The position numbers and the translations under genes were made by a program. A DNA stretch of 64,000 nt, taken from the NCBI GenBank assembly GCA_965603825.1, contig CBFDEM010000012.1:620001-684000 (forward strand). Direction: 5' to 3'. This document shows, piece by piece, positions 59,331 through 64,000 of the stretch (the stretch's first letter is position 1; each line of letters opens with the position of its first letter). Below the pieces are notes generated by a model. It did not search any database. It was not told the DNA's origin and was given only the letters and a program-made list of their open reading frames with translations. The stretch comes from Blepharisma stoltei ATCC 30299. Lineage: Eukaryota > Protista > Ciliophora.

Positions 59331-60094
59331 TTAGCACCATGTCATTCTAGTCCTCCTCTTTTCCAAAATCTCAGTTTTCTCCCATGAGCTTAAACCTGAG
59401 AGCAGCTTGAAAAATTTATAGAGAAATATCAGATAAAAAATAGTGACTAGAATTATAATAACTGTTAGAACTGTAAAAGCAATATTATTTGCAATAACAA
59501 TAATAATAATTCTCACAACTGCTTGTAATGCAAGACTAATCATATATATAATTAGTAAAATCAAGGATAGCTTTTTCTGCGCGAAGTATCCTATAAAAGG
59601 TAGCACTCCCAACACAAGCAGTTCATATATGCCTGCCAAAATATATATGAAAACCAAAAGGTAATCAATAACACAAAAAAATTGCATTCAATTTGCAAAT
59701 TCTATGGTTTTAACTCTTGAAATATGCATATTTTAAATTTATGATTCATTTTTTAAAAATAATTAAAAAATAATTGTTTTAGGTGCAGGAGTATTGAATT
59801 TTGTTCACTAGCATCTGGATCATAAGAATTAGCACGATTTGAAGCTGGAGCCAAATTTTGATTGAGCTGAGTAGGATCAGAAGCAGCTGGAGCCAAATTT
59901 TGAGGATTGCGCTGAGCGGTGCCATAATCAGCAGGAACAAAATTTTGCTGATTGAGCTGAGGACTAGCGTTATTTTCATTAGTTTCTAGAGATAAAGGAT
60001 TCTTTACTTCTTTGCTTTTAGTTTTGTCTTGAATTATGATTTCTTTGTACTCTTCGGCTTGCAGCTTTTTGGCGTAATCTTCGTCACTTAGCAT
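59331..60094 (-). CDS. 4-TM protein with N-terminal MIU-like motif, interrupted by a 59-bp insertion (functional status uncertain)
   Basis: MLSDEDYAKKLQAEEY. ORFs 59753..60094 and 59331..59687 join in frame only after removing 59 bp between the TGCA repeats, with TGA 59688 as Trp. Homologous to 62836..63501. Confidence 0.65.
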
Positions 60095-61520
60095 TTATTA
60101 GTATTATGATTGTTTAATTTTATACTGATTAAATATATTATTTTAATTCAGTATAGCTGCAAACTTATAAAAGCAGCTAATATTGGGGTTCTATAGCTTG
60201 CTTGGCTAAATCTCCTTTAAATTATCTTTATAATTTTTGTTTTGCTTGTTTTATTTAGTGAGGTTTTGTTTATATTTAAAAATTAGTCTTTAATAATAAA
60301 AAATTATTTTATCAACAGCGTACTTTCTCTCATAAAATTAGGCTTTAGCTTAAGGTCTTTATCTTGATCTTGTCTCCTTCCATTTTCGATTATTCTATTT
60401 AAGAATAGTCAAATAATTAGTGTTTTATGGAAACTACATGAGCCCCTAGATGATGAGTCGGCAGGGAGGTTTACTATTAAGGTAAAGCTATCATATTTAA
60501 AGTACGAGATATGATCGCATGCTCAAAAAGGAGGGCTTTTCACAATTTAGGGTATTAGCATTTTATTCTATAGTTTGAGCATTCATAGGGATTTTCCAAG
60601 CCTTATACTCCATTTGGGAGCTAGCTAAGTCTGCTCCAGTTGAGATCTATAAAAAAAAGGAAATTTTAACTATTAATTACAATGCGAAAATGACTAGAAT
60701 TTAATTGAAGCACGGAGACATTCATCATTTCTTGAAGATTAACACCTGGAAGTAATTCAGTATTGAAATTTATTTTGAAATCCTCTGAATACCGATTTAT
60801 AGGCAGCCTTTTATTTTTTTCTTTATTTATCATTGGCATACTTATCTTTCTGTTTTCAATTTAAGATAATTTATCAATTTTATGCATATTACCATTTTGC
60901 TAATGATATTTTCTGTAATAATTGCAAATAAAATATGAATATTTATAATAACCATTTCAAATCGTTTAAATTCAAACAATTTTTATAAATTTCTATAGCA
61001 AATTTAATTCTAAAGAGGATAAAATGATATAAAACAAATTAATTAATGATTATGAATATATTAATAATTAAGGGCTTACCAGATTGTGGAGTATACTTTT
61101 AATGTGCTAATGATTTACATCATCATTATTTTTCAATTATAAACATTTAAGCATCCAATTAATTTCAAATGAGCATATATTTCAAAGCCAAATAAGCTTT
61201 AAATTTGACATTTGCTTCTTCTTGATTTATCAATTCTGTTTTAGGAGCCTCTAGCAATATTTTTGAGAAAGCTTCAGAGCTATTTGGAGCAGAATTATTA
61301 ACAATTTATCGGTCTCTGCTGTAGGCAGAGTGAATTCATTTCTCTGCTTGGAAAGAAGACTAAAAATAACCCTTATGGCATGCTACTCCCAATAAATCTT
61401 CAAAAATTCCACCATCTTTTGCCCAATCATAAATTTTGGAAATACATAATATTTAACAGTCAGATAAGCTTTAAATTTGTTTCTTCCACATTAATCAAAA
61501 ATGATTTTTATATTATTTCC

Positions 61521-62246
61521 ATGAAAGTATATTCAGAGCTGATCAGATTAATTGAAAACGGAGAAAAAGTAAAATCCTCTGCGGTTCACCTTTATGACAA
61601 AATTACCTACTTAATCGAAACAATCAAAGCTGAACTCGAACTTTTAAATTTACAAAAACAGACACTACAAGCAGCTGTAGATCATTATATTGATCTAGCT
61701 CAGCTTTTTCAAGACAGAAATGCTATCATAAATAATCTTCTATATCCTAGAAGTCTAACACATATGAATGATGACTTGTGAGTTCTTATGAGCACCTATA
61801 AAGACCGCAGGGCATATGGTCCAGGAACTGAAGCTGTTAGCATGCTGCTTAACAATCAAGCTATTTTTTCAAAATTTTCAAGCCCTGCTTCATTGATAAA
61901 AGAGCTTGTGGATTTAGACTGCAATGACATATCTGATTCAATTTTTTATGGTTTATTGCCAACAATAAACGCTAATAGGAATAGATTAATACAAATCGGG
62001 AATTATTCATATACAGAAGAGACTCTTTTTCAATGGCTCGTAATTACTTTTGATTGGGTTGATGCTATGAGAAAATATTATCCGTTTTTAACAAGCTTTA
62101 GGGAAATAGAAAAATTAGTTAACCAACATTTTCTAGAGTTTAGCAAGCTTGAAGAAATAAAGAAATTGATTAAAAATAAAGATTCAGAATTAAAGCAGTT
62201 AGAAAGCTATGAGCTTAAAATAATTGAGAAATTCAAGAGTGATTAA
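61521..62246 (+). CDS. Coiled-coil protein with a dynein stalk/MTBD-like region
   Basis: TGA at 61779 joins two ORFs. TEAVSMLL...LIKELVDLDCNDISD...YSYTEETLFQWL...YYP flanked by coiled coils. Start uncertain (61380 or 61521). Confidence 0.55.
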
Positions 62247-62835
62247 TATATTATGGTTTCATTCAAAATATTTATAAAAAATTTATTTATCTTTTACAGG
62301 ATTATGTTTATTATAATCTTAATTATCTAAGATAGTAAATAATAAAATTATTAAAATAAAAAATTGATTTAATTTAAATATAATTGATCAATTTGGTTGC
62401 ATGCTAATTTTCATGTATATGCATACAGTTTTAATAATTATTTTGATTTTCACTTTAGATTATCTACCTTTTATAGATCATTGCATTGACTTCTTTTTTT
62501 GGTTTTTCTTTATAAAAATTTAAAGAATCTGGCGTGTTTGACTTCACTGAATGACCTGAACTTTTGAATGAGCTAAGAAAAATATGAGAGAGGCTGAGAA
62601 GTCTAAGAAGGCTGAAGAACAAATTTAATTTTATTATTGGCCTATTTTTGCATTATCTTCATCATTTTTGTTAACTAATCAGTAATGCATTGCTATTATT
62701 TATTAGCACATAATAATTCATTCTGCATTAAAAATCCTCATTTTTTGCTAAATATTAATTTTAGAAACTGCAATATATAATTTTTATATGATTATGTAAT
62801 AAATGACTTCTCATTGATAATCTTTCTATAATAAA

Positions 62836-63501
62836 ATGCTAAGTGATTATGAGATTGCAAGAAAGTTGCAAGATGAAGAGTACAATTACTGCATGCCTCC
62901 TAAACGAAACTCAAATGAAGAAGTAAAGCAGCCGATAGAAGCTAATAGTGTTCATCTAGAATTTAACCCTGCTCAGGTAAATCAACAAGGTTTTAATCAA
63001 TTTATTGCTCCTCCTGCTACTTTTCCTCCTCAAGCTAATAAGCAAGCTATTGTTCAAGCTTCTGATCCTCCTAACGACGATGAATCTAAATTACAAAAAT
63101 TCAATAAAATTATAAAATTTGCGAAGTATACTAAATATTTTTGCATTATTTACTGCATATTTGCTTTTGCGTACGCTGCGACTTGTGTTTATGGATTGAT
63201 GGCATTCTGAATTTTAGTCTTTTTGGGATACTGGGCACAATGATATTTACAAATAGTTCTGCTAGTTTTATATATGATTATCCTTGTAATAGGTACAATT
63301 CTAAAAATCGTTTTGTTAGCTATTGTCACGAATAATATTGCTTTTATAGTTATAGTTGTCGTCGATGTTATACTCACTGTCCTTTATTTGGTTTTTCTTT
63401 ATAAATTTTTCAAGCTTCTGCCAAACATAGACGAAAGCGAGCGAAAAGAGATTTTGGCAATAATGCATCCTGAGAAGCCTGAAGAAAATAAAAACTCATA
63501 A
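62836..63501 (+). CDS. 4-TM protein with N-terminal MIU-like motif (uninterrupted paralog), 221 aa
   Basis: MLSDYEIARKLQDEEY; TGA at 63208 and 63241 read through; NNIAF and YLVFLYKFFKLL are shared with the 58-60 kb copies. Confidence 0.82.
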
Positions 63502-64000
63502 TTAATAATATATAGTTTTGGCTTTACAAATTTGGAAGCGATTAATTGATTTTTAATCTATTAAATTTCATTTTTATAGCAGCACTTGGCATGCCAGCCA
63601 TCCTTCTAATCTGCAAAGCATTATATTATGTATGCTATAGACTGACTTAGCCCAGGAGCACACATCTTGTTGAATATCAATTCTATTCAATATGCTGAAG
63701 TTTGCAAAAAAATTTGTTGAAGCTCTAGTATCAATTATAGGATGCTTGGCTCTTTCTCACAAAATTATGAGAAAACGAGCTAGCAAGATATTCTATTAGC
63801 CATTGAAGCCTTTTTCAACAGAAAGGAAGAAATTAGTAATTTAGCTAGACCATTAAAAAAAAGGATAAATGAATTTTCTTCTCACTTTGCCTCCGAAATG
63901 TGGAAAATCAAGGCATGTTAAATAAATGCTAAAAGATTTGACCCAATTCGTTCAAATACTTATAATTGCGTGCAAAAAAGCAGAATATAGCAAAATGACA

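Noticed and set aside
59703-59793. Alternative 89-bp TA-bounded IES explaining the 59.7 kb frameshift
   Set aside because: It restores the frame but deletes the K-T/I-I codons conserved in the uninterrupted paralog, and the right end is not IES-like. The 59-bp model fits better, though this one is not fully excluded.
1310-63377. Short antisense or alternate-frame ORFs in the track (e.g. 1310..1609, 43345..43608, 55538..55846, 59443..59664)
   Set aside because: They overlap well-supported genes and show no independent motifs.
1927-63501. Many genes apparently broken by premature stops (mass pseudogenisation or selenoproteins)
   Set aside because: The interrupting codon is always TGA, often at conserved Trp rather than Cys positions, and the frames continue intact. 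This is a code reassignment.
1-64000. CRISPR arrays, rRNA, tRNA, telomeric repeats, intact transposases
   Set aside because: None recognised by eye; a tRNAscan or Infernal run would be needed to exclude small RNA genes.

Overview
AT-rich, gene-dense eukaryotic DNA from a heterotrich ciliate somatic (macronuclear) genome, most likely Blepharisma. TGA is read as Trp (it falls at many conserved Trp positions, and only TAA/TAG end genes) and six 15-nt GT-AG introns are visible, so many entries in the standard-code ORF track are fragments of longer genes. Re-reading the window gives about 40 protein genes. These include two kinesins, SOAT/ACAT, IscA, two CDPKs, ATG18, ATG1/ULK, RPN11, ERGIC3, SEC23, a P3A H+-ATPase, MPP-beta, two glutathione reductases, MMADHC/CblD, GSK3 and a CNBD K+ channel. 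There is also a ~2.6 kb tandem segmental duplication with pseudogene fragments and a three-member membrane-protein family with one pseudogene. Best leads: (1) an unannotated, GC-rich, extensively base-paired ~250-290 nt minus-strand element at ~48370-48650 that fits no RNA family I recognise; (2) a 112-bp TA-bounded IES-like insertion retained in a pseudogene; (3) a 59-bp TGCA-bounded, non-GT-AG insertion whose removal restores a reading frame; (4) apparent gene-conversion tracts; (5) glutathione reductases with an altered NADPH-binding motif. Family calls come from motif recognition by eye; no searches were run.
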